A DNA stretch of 64,000 bases from Antedon mediterranea (Eukaryota > Animalia > Echinodermata), in NCBI RefSeq assembly GCF_964355755.1, contig NC_092674.1:31558001-31622000 (forward strand). Direction: 5' to 3'. The notes beneath the pieces are model-generated. The model saw nothing but the letters and a program-made list of their open reading frames with translations. It was not told where the DNA came from and did not search any database. This document shows, one piece after another, positions 1 through 14,955 of the stretch. Each line of letters begins with the position of its first letter. Position 1 is the stretch's first letter. The translations under genes and the position numbers were made by a program.

Positions 1-160
1 AATGCGAATGATGGATTGATAACTTCATTAATTACTAATTGATATTTGCATATCTATGGTTACATATTAGTGGTGATTAGTTGGTTGGTTTTAAATAACA
101 TAAAATTTAATAAATTGGTGAATTTCTTTTGATTGTTGATTTTGCGTTACAATGATCAAC

Positions 161-736
161 AAAACTATCGTATTCAAGTAGTGACATTGCCAAGAAGCGC
201 GGTAAAAACTACCATATTCAAGTAGTGACATTGCCAAGAAGCGCGGTAAAATCTATCGTATTCAAGTAGTAGTGACATTGCCAAGAAGCGCGGTAAAAAC
301 TACCGTATTCAAGTAGTGAAATTGCCAAGAAGCGCGGTAAAAACTACCGTAATCAAGTAGTGACATTGCCAAGAAGCGCGGTAAAAACTACCGTATTCAA
401 GTAGTGACATTGCCAAGAAGCGCGGTAAAAACTACCGTATTCAAGTAGTGACATTGCCAAGAAGCGCGGTAAAAACTACCGTATTCAAGTAGTGACATTG
501 CCAAGAAGCGCGGTAAAAACTACCGTATTCAAGTAGTAACATTGCCAAGAAGCGCGGTAAAAACTACCGTATTCAAGTAGTGACATTGCCAAGAAGCGCG
601 GTAAAAACTACCGTATTCAAGTAGTGACATTGCCAAGAAGCGCGGTAAAAACTACCGTATTCAAGTAGTGACATTGCCAAGAAGCGCGGTAAAAACTACC
701 GTATTCAAGTAGTGACATTGCCAAGAAGCGCGGTAA
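161..736. repeat. 44-bp minisatellite, about 13 near-identical copies
   Basis: Unit AAAAACTACCGTATTCAAGTAGTGACATTGCCAAGAAGCGCGGT repeats head-to-tail (CGCGGT at 421 and 465) with no spacers. Confidence 0.97.
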
Positions 737-2286
737 CCAGTTTGTTGCTTTACAGCCACAGCTTGGGGAGCACTGCAACCGAATCGGTTTTTGTTATTAG
801 TAAAACTTTATACATTTTAATGACTAGTTTATAATCCAAGCACGTGACTTCTAAGACAAATTTACAAAATAGTCAAGTTTGAATTGCGTTTGTGAATTCG
901 GTTTATTGTTATGATAACACATTGCATCCCAATAGAATACTAGTTAGTTGTTTTAATAAACTTTGTCAGTTATATTACTAGACACTCTAATGCAAGTAGA
1001 ATGGCGTGTGTGAAAATGTTTCAAAGACTTAAATAAATGACAGTGGTATTATGTATAAGATTTAGTACAATGATATTAGTCACCTGATGCTATACTATTA
1101 ATATCCACCACACGTTCATTTCACGTGACCTCCTTAACTACAAATCCGCAATACTCTGTGCGTCTGTGATTGCTTTAGAACTTTAAGGTTTTCTTAATAA
1201 TACCGATATCGAGGTCTCCATTGGGTAAAGAATTCAAACATAATAACTTCATAATATCTATATTAGTTTTTAAAATGGACATAAAAAAAACACACACAAA
1301 AAAAACCAACTTATTGATTATTGAAAAAAATTATGCAGTTGATATTATCATTCATTGCAATAGTATAACAATCTACACCACAGATAATTTAACTGCTATT
1401 CCACTATTTTACAATCTATAAGCTCATCTCTATTTTTACGTTTTATTAAGTAATTTCCATTTCAGTGATATTTTATCTTGTATAGGCCCCTACTGTTATT
1501 TAAATTGATTTTGACCAAATAAAAAAAAACAATACAAACAAAAAACGCCTATGACAGATTTTGCATTTTCTCTAACTGAAACGTATAGTTTCCACAGAGG
1601 CCTCTCTTTCTTATTAAAAAGTTTGCACAACATATATGTTGTAAAACTGTTCCTATTCTATTGGATGAATACGAATTTCAACTGAAATATACTGTATGTA
1701 ATAGATGAAATATCTGAAATACCACAATTTCCACCGATACAATTAATGTTTAGTGTAATTTACACTGTTAGATAATAACATGTAATTTCCTATGATGTAC
1801 CATCTATGATATACATCATCATATATCATGTATTACACTTTTTTTTAAACATTAAATCTGCATTTGATATTTTGATATTAATGGCATTTATTTATGTTTA
1901 TACAATCATCGTTTTGGTATTAGGTTACCTTTTATTGTAAGTAATGATCAACTAGCTACTTACCATACTCAATAAATTCAAAATACACCTTAAAAGCACC
2001 TGTAGCAATGTAAACTGTCTAAATGGTACCTGATAAGCATACATAAAAAATATCCAGTTGATTTATAAAGATACCTTATACGGAGTTTAATGGAAATTCA
2101 ATAACGGAATGAACACGTTTTTCCATCAGAATACTAACTGCATTTTAGCTACAAAGGCATGATTGAAATTTAAGTTACTCACAAAACGATGACACTAAAC
2201 TATTCAATACTTAAATTTATTTCGTACTTAGATAAAGAAAGTGGAAGAGCAGGCAATTACAGTGCTTCGTGATTAAAATTCCAAAC

Positions 2287-2535
2287 AGTCATAGTTATGT
2301 ATACATTTAAATAAATGCACCTAAAGACAGTCAACATTTTTCAGAACAACTTATATTCACTTTATTCATCTAAGAACACACTATATTGACTTAATGAATA
2401 CATTCACAGTCACAGTCATAGTTATGTACATTTAAATAAATGCACCAAAATACACTCAAACATTCATTTTCAGAACAACTTAAGTTCACTTTATTCATCT
2501 AAGAACACTATATTGACTTGAATAATGAATACATT
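2287..2535. repeat. Tandem duplication of about 125 bp
   Basis: CAGTCATAGTTATGTA...TTCATCTAAGAACAC...AATGAATACATT occurs twice, starting at about 2287 and 2413. Confidence 0.85.
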
Positions 2536-2587
2536 AAAAAATACAGCTCCTAGACAGTGAACAAGTTTGTTGTATGCATGGACCTGC

Positions 2588-3292
2588 TGGGTATTGCTAA
2601 ACACCGCAAACCCCGCAAACCTAAAAAAAAACCATAGCAAACCCCACCGAATCATGTAGTGTACAACCCACTGGGTATATCAATGTAAAAAAAAATTAAA
2701 TTTCTACTGTTAACAACTTATTTTTGCGGTAAAACATAATTTTTTGGTCAAAAATTATTGCTAAACCCCGCAAACCTAAAAAAAAACCATAGCAAACCCC
2801 ACCGAACCAACATAAAAGGGATTGAATAATGTAGTGTACTGGGTATATAAATTATTAAATTTCTACTGTTAACTACTTTTTTGGGGATAAAACATCATTT
2901 TTTGGTAAAAAATTAGCAATCATTTTTGACCAAAAAATGATGTTTTACCCCCAAAATAAGTAGTTAACAGTAGAAATTTAATATTTTTTTAAACATGGAT
3001 ATACCCAGTGGGTTGTACACTACATGATTCAATCACTTTTATGTTGGTTCGGTGGGGTTTGCTATATTTTTTTGGAGGTTTGCAGGGTTTAGCAATCATT
3101 TTTGACCAAAAAATGATGTTTTAACCCAAAGGTAATTAGTTAACAGTAAAAATGTAATTTTTTAACATAGATATACCCAGTGGGTTGTACACTACATGAT
3201 TCAATCACTTTTATGTTGGTTCGATGGGGTTTGCTATGTTTTTTTTTAGGTTTGCGGGGGTTTGCGGGGTTTGCGCTGTTTAGCAATATCCG
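2588..3292. mobile_element. Foldback-type non-autonomous DNA transposon, almost wholly palindromic
   Basis: Left end TGGGTATTGCTAAACACCGCAAACCCCGCAAACC mirrors right end GGTTTGCGGGGTTTGCGCTGTTTAGCAATATCCG. Two forward and two reversed copies of a 170-180 bp unit flank a centre near 2915. Flanks ACCTGC/ATCTGC may be a 6-bp TSD with one mismatch. Confidence 0.8.
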
Positions 3293-6200
3293 ATCTGCTT
3301 AGGTTATAGTTTTGTATTTGTATGAATATAAATACTTTGAAATAAAAACCATCATTAGAGACAAATCAATAGGATTAAAACAAACGTTGTTGTACTTTAC
3401 GAGTTGTACTGTATCTTGCATTTAAATTTGGACGTAGGAATGACGTCATTTTGCTGTAATCTTATTGTTTAGCTTTAGTCCGTCGTGTGTTGATTTATTC
3501 TATATTGATATTTTTCTTTGCAATGGTAAGTAAAAGCTGTGTTGGTCTTAATGTCAATTTCGCCTCGTACATTATGTTTGTGGCCCACTTAAATCGGTGA
3601 TATTTTAAAATGAGACAGTAATCGATACCAATATGTTCTACTTTCTAAATGGAGTGTTAAATTGATGGGCACTAAATGAAATATGTGTCAACGTTGGTGA
3701 ATGTGTACATAGCAGATGTTAACAGCTATAATAACGTGTAAGCAATTATTCAATCATAAGCAGAACATTACCCTCTATTAAACCCAATATTATTTTCACC
3801 GAGTGTGCATTCAAACAATCTACATACATTTTATTTATATCAACGTGGTCACATATTAATACAAAATAAAAACTCAACACTGAGTTAAAGCTGGAAAAAC
3901 GTTTGGTATCAGTTTGTGCAACTTGTCGATTACATACGGTAGTTGTATAAAATCGGCCATGTATTTGAACATAAAATCTGTCTAGTGTTAAATTGTCTGC
4001 ATATCAAGCAGAATAATTAGGATTTTACTATACTTTCTTAACCATTATACTACCATTAAAAGAGAACAGCATGAATACAATAGAATTAAAAAAAGTATGT
4101 ACTGTCATGTATTAAATTCAATACAATATACAAACGAAAATATTAAGAAAATAATTTGCTAAAAAGTATATTATTTTGTATTGATCTTTGGGCAGTTTAG
4201 AAACACTTTTATAAAAAAGTAGCATAGGCCTATTAGCATAAATGATAAATAACTGGATTTTAAATATATAATATTGTAACACATGTATTGACATTGTGGC
4301 CAATGTAAGAAGCCATGCAGCTCAATTGGACCTAACCAGCGAAGCACGTCGCCTGAATGGAGACTTGCTCAATTTCTAAATAATTGAATAGATTTGTCTC
4401 GTTTGTCGTCCAAGACATTGTAAACAATGTTTTAATATCTCAAATTATAAATGTATACAATGTCAATCTTAGGTCACATAACCTTATATATTGTTTTTCT
4501 ATTTTATCTCAATACTTGTATGCTTCTCCTGAACATAAAGACATATTTTAACGGAATAATGTTTTGCTCAAACAATATAACCTGTTTAGTTTGCACCACA
4601 AACAAGGTAAAACAACAACACATCTAGAACAAACCTAACGTCATTTTCTGACGAGCACCCTGAGATTCAAGTCAATTAGTAACACAAATATTAAAGAAAA
4701 GATTTCTGTGAGCCAAAATAAAACAAGAGACACTAAACATACCATTCATTATGTAGGTCTACTTATTCCAATATTTACACGAAATGTTTCCTTAAAGGTC
4801 TTATCTGTTAAGTATATCAATTATTAATTTAATCAATTTTAAATGATTATTAATGGACATATGATTACAGAAAATCTTGGTTTGTCTTTGGCTTTGTACA
4901 AGGCTGATATTGCCGCGGTGATTCTCAATAATTGACAACATTCTGGTTGTACTAAAGTGAACGCCTACTACGCCAGTGTTCCAAGTTGGTCACGCAATAG
5001 CCCTAAAGTTTTCATTCTACTAAAAGGTTAGGATGAATGTGGAGATTTGTAACTATGGACAAATTTTCTTGAGGGCAAACGTGTTTTTTCTTTAGAATTA
5101 ATTAATATTGATTGTGTATTAGCATTTCCTTCATTATATAATACCTTTTCGATTACAATAATTTCAGTAACTAAATTAGAATTACAATATTTAATTGAAG
5201 TAATCCATCATAATTAATCACATCAATTAGTCAATCTGAATTAATTTGTTATTTTAATATAAATTAAATTTGCTTTTACTTGGAACGGAATCGTCCAATG
5301 TCTGTCCAATACATCATTAAATACTATAACTGCATACTGAACTCTATAGAACAGCATCATCATCATACAATACAAAATGACTGGGTAATATGCCTGATCT
5401 AATAGAGATCAACATACAAACTTATTACTTATATTAATCAACTGGTCACAATGATTATCTAACCGCCCGACTGACGGACTGGATTGTTTTGATGAATAAT
5501 GAATGTAGGCATAATTGTATTAATTGATTCAAATGCAAACTTGATTAAGCTGACATTCCGACTATTAGAAAAACAATGCTGTAACGACATTCAAACAAAT
5601 GAAAATAACAGTTGACCTAAAATATTCTCCAGGGTTAAATTTCTCAAATATATTGTGTAATCTTACTTTAGTTATCATATATCGATCTTAAAACAAACAA
5701 TATATATTTTCTTTTAATTTTGCGTTGCTACTTAACCAAGTTACAACAACTAACGGAGATTCCTGAAGTCATAATTGTTAGCTCAACGTTCGTCCTTGAC
5801 GTTTTCTATTAAAAAGTGAAATTATTTTTGCAAGGTGATAAAATAACACCTTTCATATCTCATAAAACTAATCTAATTTTAACAAGTAACATGTTCAGTT
5901 TCTACATAAAGATAAATTAGTTTCATCTAATTTACGATTCAATATTGCGATCGGGATACATTTTAGTATTTTGTTTCCCCCGATTAAATAAACTCCTCTG
6001 TAAATCGGCCATACTCAGTGGTTGCGATAGATCAGTTACATCGAGATAAACTTACAAATATATTACCCTTACAATACTTTATTGAGAAGGACTTTAACAA
6101 TGCTGTAGAGTACTTGTATCAAAAGGCATTAAAGGGTTTGGGTGCAACGGTCACTCGAATCCACTAGGCCATATATGAACATTATTGAGAAGGCACATAC

Positions 6201-6458
6201 AATGTATCATGTGGTGTATATTGCTAATTAATTCTAAAGCGAACTTCATCATAGTAGGGAACTATGATATTTGCACGATATGTGCCGTTGTTGAAAGTGG
6301 AACAACTTGATGTCTCCTTGTGCTTCCCGATGTATAGCCAAATAATATATAGACAAATCCAAATCACTCAGAGATATACTAGAAATAAGTTTTAAAATGT
6401 ACAGATGATTCTGTTAGAATAAGTGATATATGTAAGTTAACTTATATTTCAAAGTTAC

Positions 6459-6559
6459 TGTGAATGAGACACTGTTTTGGCAGCAGCTATTCAGGTACAT
6501 ATTCACTAATGTGAATGAGACACTGTCTTGGCAGCTATTCAGGTACATATTCACTAATG
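6459..6559. repeat. Two-copy tandem duplication of about 50 bp
   Basis: TGTGAATGAGACACTGTyTTGGCAGC...TATTCAGGTACATATTCACTAATG repeated twice. Confidence 0.85.
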
Positions 6560-9500
6560 GCATAATACATTATGTATCAGTTTTACAATTAGGCTAGATT
6601 ATTTAAAAACCAAATTAGGAAGTCACGAATCATATAATCTATTAGGGATTGTCCATGCACAAGTTATTAAATTTATTTTATTCCAATATTCTTATAAGAA
6701 AAAGTCATACTATATAGATAGGTCATAATATATGCATTGATATTGTGCTGTTAATTAAAGCAGTGCCTTAGAAACGGGTAGACTAATATTTCGCCGACTC
6801 ATGCCAACTATAATTCCGATGCTACTGTGCACCTATGCGCAGGTTTGAGCACTCACTGTCTTGTCGTTGATATCGCAGCTAGTTCACTGCAAGAGATCTA
6901 ATGAAACAAATTCAACACCTGCACCATTCGGCTAAGGTAACATGAATGTTGCACCTAAACGAATCACATTATGTGTAGGTATAATGTGCCAATTAACCAG
7001 TTTATTTAATGTTGTGTACACGGTACATAATCCACTACATACACACCGACCTTTATAATATAATAATATAAAGGACAGTTTGCCAAACCAAACAGGGAAC
7101 ACACTCAGATATTACGTTTCGGTAACGGCGCGTCATACACTACACATTAATTCATTTTGGTACCCTTGTGTACGGATTTGTTTTTAGAATGTGTGTATAA
7201 ACACACTACAGGGTTTAAATGCTTTTTTTATCTCCAAATCTTGCTTTATAACATCGAACGAGCTGCGCAATAGGAGCTCAAACACCATGACGTGTGCACG
7301 TGCATTACTGTGTTTCAGATAATTAGAAGCATACCACTTAACTCACTACACCCCTTTTATATGGGTAAAGTAATCTATGTTGTCGCCACAATGAATGATT
7401 CTATGGGGACGACTGGTTGAGTAAGATATTCCAACTCTTATCTCGGTAATGGAACATAATCCAAATACTTTAATATCAATTTTCTAAGCCTCTGTACAAA
7501 TAAGAACTATCCAAGATTATTGATTTTTACATTTTTTTTTAAGAACTTGAACTCAAATATCTCTGCAAAATGTATAGTAAACTAAAAGAATCGCTCAGAG
7601 TTGGAATATCAGGCGAAATATAGAACAATACATTGAAGGTGACATAACATTGCATTGTTACCTAGATTGACTAATACAAAATAGCACTGAAGGTGGCAAC
7701 ATTATATGATTCAAACACTTAATGAAACACAAGCTAGAACGAACAATTATTGAATTACGTGACCGAATGCGTTAGTAATTGATTCGAAGAGCAACATACG
7801 TTTGTCGTAGTGACGAATTTGATTTACATTTTGATTTCATATGTGACGTGAAGTAGAGTTCCAGGAAATAATATGTTTGACGGAATTCACCTGTTTTGGC
7901 ACCTGTCTTGTTTATGCAGATTCCTCTGCAACTTCTTCACTAACCAGATGTTCATGGATGTCCTGTTAAAAAATATTACTTGACCTCTTATCAGAGCGGT
8001 CATCGTGCATTTCTGTTTGTATTAATTTTATATCTTGTGAGTTTTGCAATGCAAAACCAATATCCTATTACGTTCTAATATTATTTTTGAAGTTAATGAT
8101 TTCCGTTCATATACGTCAAGATATAAGGAGTGCATCAATCACAAAAATAAATCGATACGATTAAAAATATAGATTTATAGTGCAGGATAAACACATTCAT
8201 AAACACATTCTACTGAAAATAGAATTGTAGAATATTTCATTAGGAAGTATTAGGAGCTTTTAGGTTCCATAATATCACTGGATCCATATATTCGCATAGG
8301 TCTACATAACATGATAGTAACCCATCACATATAAAATATGTTTAACAGCCATTACAAAACATGTTGAATAGCTGCAATATAAGATAATTTATCTCAACAT
8401 TTATTATCCTCTGGCGATACGTCCAAGACGTATACAAACTATGGTAATATGACATAAAAACCTATCTAAAAAAAAAATCTTGCAATTTCCATCCTGTCCA
8501 CGTGATATTAAAGAGAAATAATACGTAGAACACGATTTGGACGTGTATCCTATTCTATAAAACTGCATTGTAAACTAGACTATTACTTGTATGATCCATC
8601 AACATAGTTTAATTACACCTAATAACGAAATTAGTTTATACAATTTTGTTATCATGACGAAAAGCTGAAAGTTAAATTTCAGATACCAAATACAGAAGTG
8701 TTTTAAGAACAAATCACATGGTAGTTCATATATAAATCAGAATGCTACTTAAAACTAATAACTTTCATAATTATGTGATAGTACTTAATCGATTCTTTAT
8801 ACGCCTTTTAAAAAACGAGTCTTATTTTGAGAGAAATATGAGGTTATGCGATTACAGAATTAGATTACAGATACATACAGTCTCTCATGGTTACTGACGC
8901 ATGCATATCTTAGCAGGTACTGAGCTTCAGAATAGCATGTAATCTGACGTACAATTGCTGTACCTTAAAATCTATTAGGAATGGATCGTTAGGCCATTGT
9001 TATTATTATCAATTATAGCGATACTCCCTCCTACTTTAATCCACGCAATAATGTAATAGTGACTAAATCGTGTACGATCAATAATATACATCTTTACGTT
9101 CATTAGTGATAATCTTAGTATCTATGGGTAACCACTATAACAATAGTTTAAATAATAATGCTCATTTTTCATGAATAAAATAAACTTTTTGAAGAAATAA
9201 CTTGAGTTTATAATTAAACTATAATGTTCCATCAGATCAATCATAGAGTTCGTAATTTAATAATCATTTCTACCTAAATTTATAGAAGATGATACGTATA
9301 AATCTATAGAATTTTCAACTAAAGTTCTTACCTTGGAGCAAAAAAAAGAAAGAAAAAAAAGAAGGTTTATTCTCTTCTTTTACTGACTGGTAAGAATAGA
9401 ATGGCCACTTATACAGTGTATTATACGTAAGGTTACGACTAACAGAACAAAAGAATTAAATATTATTAAATAATAATTTAACTCACATAAATGTAATAAA

Positions 9501-12500
9501 TTGATGAACAATATGGGCGGAGAGAGTCAATTACAGATTATTGCAGTTTTAGTAATGGGTTTAGTGAATGAAAACAAAGCTACAATACGATGCGAGTTTG
9601 TTTTACCATTTTGTCCATTTGAACCCTTGGCGCCTTTTGGGTTACGTCGATATAGTTACCTTAAGGCCGATATATCGTGTCAATGTAGACTTAACAAACA
9701 AACATCCACCGATATAGAACTAAAATGTAAGCAGTTGTTCAAGATTTCAAATAATTTAAAGAAATGGTAAAAAGCGTTGCGTAAACAAGTGAATCACATG
9801 TAAGCCAACTTAGCACTGTACAATCTCTGATTATTAATACACATGCGTCACTTTCCTACAAATTAAATATAAGTTTCATAATGAACAATGTATACTGTAT
9901 TCTAAATAGAATATAGAAATAATAAAATCGAAATTGACAATATTCTACAGAGGCCATCGAGCAGAAGAATTTATGATGTACATAATTATCGTTAATTTGC
10001 ATAATATTTTTATTATATTGATATAATCAATGGTCATGCTAATTAACATTATGGATGTTCTTTAAGACTGATTAAAAAATTATAAATATCTTTTCAATGT
10101 ATATAACTGATTAACCTTTGATGCTATAGGTTATCATTCTAGAACAATGAACCAATGACTTCCATCTCATTTTTTAAAGAAAGTGTTTTATTATTGTTAT
10201 TAGATACAAATAATTTAGCCACAAAAAACACCTAAATTACTTCTGCACATGTCATTCATTCAATTTTCTAATATTCAGTATCAAAAGCAATACATTATTA
10301 TTAATCCTAATCCTACTATATCTAACAAGATTTAATACGATCAGTCAGCGTGACATTTAATATTCCACATCTATATTCAACTTAGACGTTCTATCTCAAC
10401 AGATTTACTTGGACATAAAGCATTATAAAATATACACACTAATCAAAATGAGAAGTATACAATCATAGCAATATTACAGAGGAAATAATAATAAACGACA
10501 AAATTAAATGAAGTATTATCGTAGACACTGTTAGATAACAAACGCATGCGATACTTTTTGAAAATATTATAGACATGATACCCCAATTTTTGTAATGAGT
10601 AAGCATTGTGTAAGCCAATTACTTACTTACTAAAATAGAAATATATTGTGTTTTGCTTACTACACTGTTATTCCAAATTATATTAAGATATTTCGTATAA
10701 TTATATAATAGGTCATATTTACAAAAAAATGGAAACACGTGATACGTGTGAGTATTTTTTTGCAATATTTTGCATTGGTACCAGAACAGTTAAGAAACTG
10801 GTATTTTGCTTGTATTCAATTGATAAATTGGCGTCAGAGTAAGCTAATAGTACTTTTGCATATTTACTTCTCCGTTTCACAAATCGCCGCAAGGGTGACA
10901 CTTACATTTTAATAAGCGATGGCCATTACAGGCAGATTGCAAGTGGGTGTAAAAATACAAATTTGCCGGTCCACTCTACTTCAGGTGCAGTTAACAACTC
11001 TTCCCTGCAACATCTATTGAATTAAAGTGGATTTAATACTTATAAATTGAGAAAATCGATGACCTAATAACCGTCGTATGGAACGCCATATACTACGCCT
11101 TTGAAATTAATGTAGACCAAATCTATAGACATATGTAGGTCATACACGTCTAACCACAGATCTGATCATTAAATTATACTTGTTAAGACGATTTTAGAAT
11201 TTTTAAAAGACTTTTAATTTAGTAAAAAAGTATTGTAATCACTCAACCACTGCAGTTTAGCTGATTGTAAATCAAGTAATAAAACCACTTAGTTTAGCAT
11301 GTACTTATAAATGATGCACTTTCAATATAATGTTTAGATGCACTTATAACAGTTAAAATATATCGATATAGAGCGAACGACTTTGGTAAAATTCCGTATC
11401 TTTTTAATTAACTGCATTTCACCTAAATTAGTTTGGATTTAAGCTTGGTGAACTGACATTTAAAATTAATATAAATCTGACTGTCAAAATTGAATTTTAG
11501 ATTACACCACTGTGGTTTAAGGGTTAGTACTGTATACTAACGCACTATAGGCCTATACTGGAAATATTGTAATGATAATGCTGAAAATAATTAAGTTGTT
11601 GACAGAGTGAGGCTGATTTTTATTTGGTATTTGGTTCCTGTTCTAGAGACTAACAAAGATAAAACAACGTTGATACTGATATCACTTTACTGTACCGTGT
11701 TAAAGATGTTGACGAATAATATACGGATGACATTTATATAAGAGACAATTTGAGAAAACTGTTGGAGATGATGATAACTGTTTCTAGAGACACTGATGAT
11801 AAAACCAAACATCTTCAGCTAATTATAAGAATAAAGTCGTCTCCTATCGTGTTTTCTAAGGACTCTAGAGAAACAAAGTAACATTGAATACTGGTAATCA
11901 GGATAACTCGTAAAAATCTACCCTGCGGCGGATACCCTATCATGTATGCATATCGTATTTATATTTCAATAGATTTTATTACTTATACATCCAAAAATTA
12001 AATCATAGGATATGAATGTCACAAGCGTTTCTAACACAAGTTCATTATACTAATTAAACCAATATTTACAAACAAAACAAAAGGCGGATGATGGAATTTA
12101 TAAAATAACTTAAAAAATGCACAGCAAATGCCAAAGTAAATGTCAAGACAACAGATTACAGCAGCACAAAATACACTAAGCCCAAATATTGATCATGACT
12201 ATACAAGCCGGCAAACATTGGATTACACTATTTTAGAGATGTCATTTCATTTATGTTATGTTCATGCAGTAATTACTACTTCCATCATTGTATATTTAAC
12301 TTTTGACTCACTGATGTAAAAAAAACAACTGTTTACAGTTACGTTACAAGAAATTTGTCGAAAAACTTAAAGAAATGTCGTTTTTTCTCATAATTTTATT
12401 TAGTTTTGTTCACGTTAGTCACAATTATTGATTTGGTTTTTATTGCCTCTACAACATATTACAAACAATGCAACCGACTATATACTATACATATTACAAG

Positions 12501-14069
12501 AAGGTAAATCAATTTTCGTAGGCTGCAAATGAGAATTAATTACAAGATCGAATGACAGTTACGAATTTCTTCGGGCCATTTAACATAGGTCTATGTTCTA
12601 CGATGAGGAATATAACAATTAATATTTTCCCATGTTATAGAAATAAATAAAGTATATTAGTATATGCTGCCATTCGGTAGCGTGACAGGTAGCACTCTTT
12701 ATCGGTATAATGCAGTAGGCCTAATAACACATTATTTATATCAACAAATTGTTCCAAAAACTCTGTAAATTGCTACTGTATAGATTCTCCAATTCTTATT
12801 TTCATTCAAGATTAACTAAATAGAGGTCATTTAGACAACCTTAACTTTTGGTCCCATTGGTTAGGCCTACAATTGATTAATCTCTTATATTTGCCAAACT
12901 GTTTCCATTTCCCTGCAACATAATGAGAAACAATCTGTAGACAAATTAAGTGGATGGTACCATGGTGACAAAATACGCGTCTTTCTGTGAGAACCAATCT
13001 TTCCAATTAAATCATGTGAAAACGCCAACCAAACTTAACATAATTATATTAACCTAACTTGAACTGTAAAAAAATAATAAGCTAACATCAAACATCTCAC
13101 TGGTAGATAGATCAATTCAAAATGATGCGATTAATAACATATATCTCTAGCAACTACTAGGCCTACAATAACAAGTAATATAACGTGTTATTTTCAAACT
13201 ACTGTGTGATGTTTAAGAAGAGAATTCCTAATGATACAACAAATAAATGCCACATAAACAACATAACTATCTCTTGAATGACCATCTAGAAATTAACATC
13301 TGTCATTTAGCAAATTTAACGTCACCATTTTGATAATGTTTCAAACTAACCGTTATAAATGTATTTTTTTAAATGATGTCACTAATTTAAAGATTTACTG
13401 TGAAACAACTTCATGGGGTTCATATTCAGTGCAAACTAAGAGATGTCCTAGTCTGGCCTCCTCCAGACTACACATCATCATGTCAGGGATATCTCTATTT
13501 TCTTAATCTATAACGTATAAAGAAACAGAGCAATCTTCTTTACTGAACTTAATGAATATAGTGCATCTTAAGAGTTCATGTAAATAGAATGCTTTGTCTT
13601 CCCGCCCGAATCTATTATAACTATTCACTATAATTAAATAAATAACACTGCAGTAATCAATGTGATTGCACATAAGCAACGCAACAATGATGTACCTACA
13701 TATTTATCTGAAATAAAGAATTGATAACGTCGATGGTTACGATTACTGATAACGACGATGATTGATTATGATGTTAATGTTGATTTCAAAATATGAAATA
13801 TTGGCACTATTTTTGCTTATGTATAAAAAAACAATGATGATTTCGCCAATATGAACCAATCGTGACGATTGGTTTAACCAAAGATATTCTGAATGTTATC
13901 GACAACTACAGGAAACATTTTGGTGTCGTATCATCTATAAAAGGCCCCTAATACCAATTAAAGATAGAGTTGAAGATAATCCGAACGACATTAACAGCTG
14001 TATCAGCATACTGTATGTTCTATTGTTATCATTTCATACGTCTATAAAGTACTTTACCTACGTTTTGAG

Positions 14070-14955
14070 ACTACATGCATTTACTATTTGTACGTTTAGT
14101 CCCAGGATTTAAGTCACGGTGAATCATACTACATGCATTTAGGCTACTATTTGTACGTTTAGTCCCAGGATTTAAGTCACGGTGAATCATACTACATGCA
14201 TTTACTATTTGTACGTTTAGTCCCAGGATTTAAGTCACTGTGAATCATACTACATGCATTTACTATTTGTACGTTTAGTCCCAGGATTTAAGTCACGGTG
14301 AATCATACTACATGCATTTACTATTTTTACGTTTAGTCCCAGGATTTAAGTCACGGTGAATCATACTACATGCATTTAGGCTACTATTTTTACGTTTAGT
14401 CCCAGGATTTAAGTCATGGTGAATCATACTACATGACTTTACTATTTGTACGTTTAGTCCCAGGATTTAAGTCACGGTGAATCATACTACATGAATTTAC
14501 TATTTGTACGTTTAGTCCCAGGATTTAAGTCACGGTGAAGCATACTACATGAATTTACTATTTTTACGTTTAGTCCCAGGATTTAAGTCACGGTGAATCA
14601 TACTACATGAATTTACTATTTGTACGTTTAGTCCCAGGATTTAAGTCACGGTGAATCATACTACATGAATTTACTATTTTTACGTTTAGTCCCAGGATTT
14701 AAGTCACGGTGAATCATACTACATGCATTTACTATTTTTACGTTTAGTCCCAGGATTTAAGTCACGGTGAATCATACTACATGCATTTAGGCTACTATTT
14801 TTACGTTTAGTCCCAGGATTTAAGTCACGGTGAATCATACTACATGAATTTACTATTTGTACGTTTAGTCCCAGGATTTAAGTCACGGTGAATCATCCTA
14901 CATGAATTTACTATTTTTACGTTTAGTCCCAGGATTTAAGTCACGGTGAATCATA
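14070..14955. repeat. 58-bp minisatellite, about 15 copies, three carrying a +5 bp variant
   Basis: Unit TACTACATGCATTTACTATTTGTACGTTTAGTCCCAGGATTTAAGTCACGGTGAATCA. The variant TTTAGGCTACTAT occurs at 14140, 14377 and 14788. Confidence 0.97.

Noticed and set aside
161-736. CRISPR-like array
   Set aside because: Units are contiguous with no unique spacers, there are no cas genes, and the context is eukaryotic. The same applies to the 58-bp and 60-bp arrays.
7890-7962. Candidate second exon of the minus-strand gene (TSMNIWLVKKLQRNLHKQD)
   Set aside because: Phase-compatible and has AG/GT borders, but the donor is weak and the peptide is unrecognisable. It cannot be distinguished from chance.
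10906-11004. Another minus-strand exon candidate with a GTAAGT donor
   Set aside because: Stops in all three frames and a poor polypyrimidine tract.
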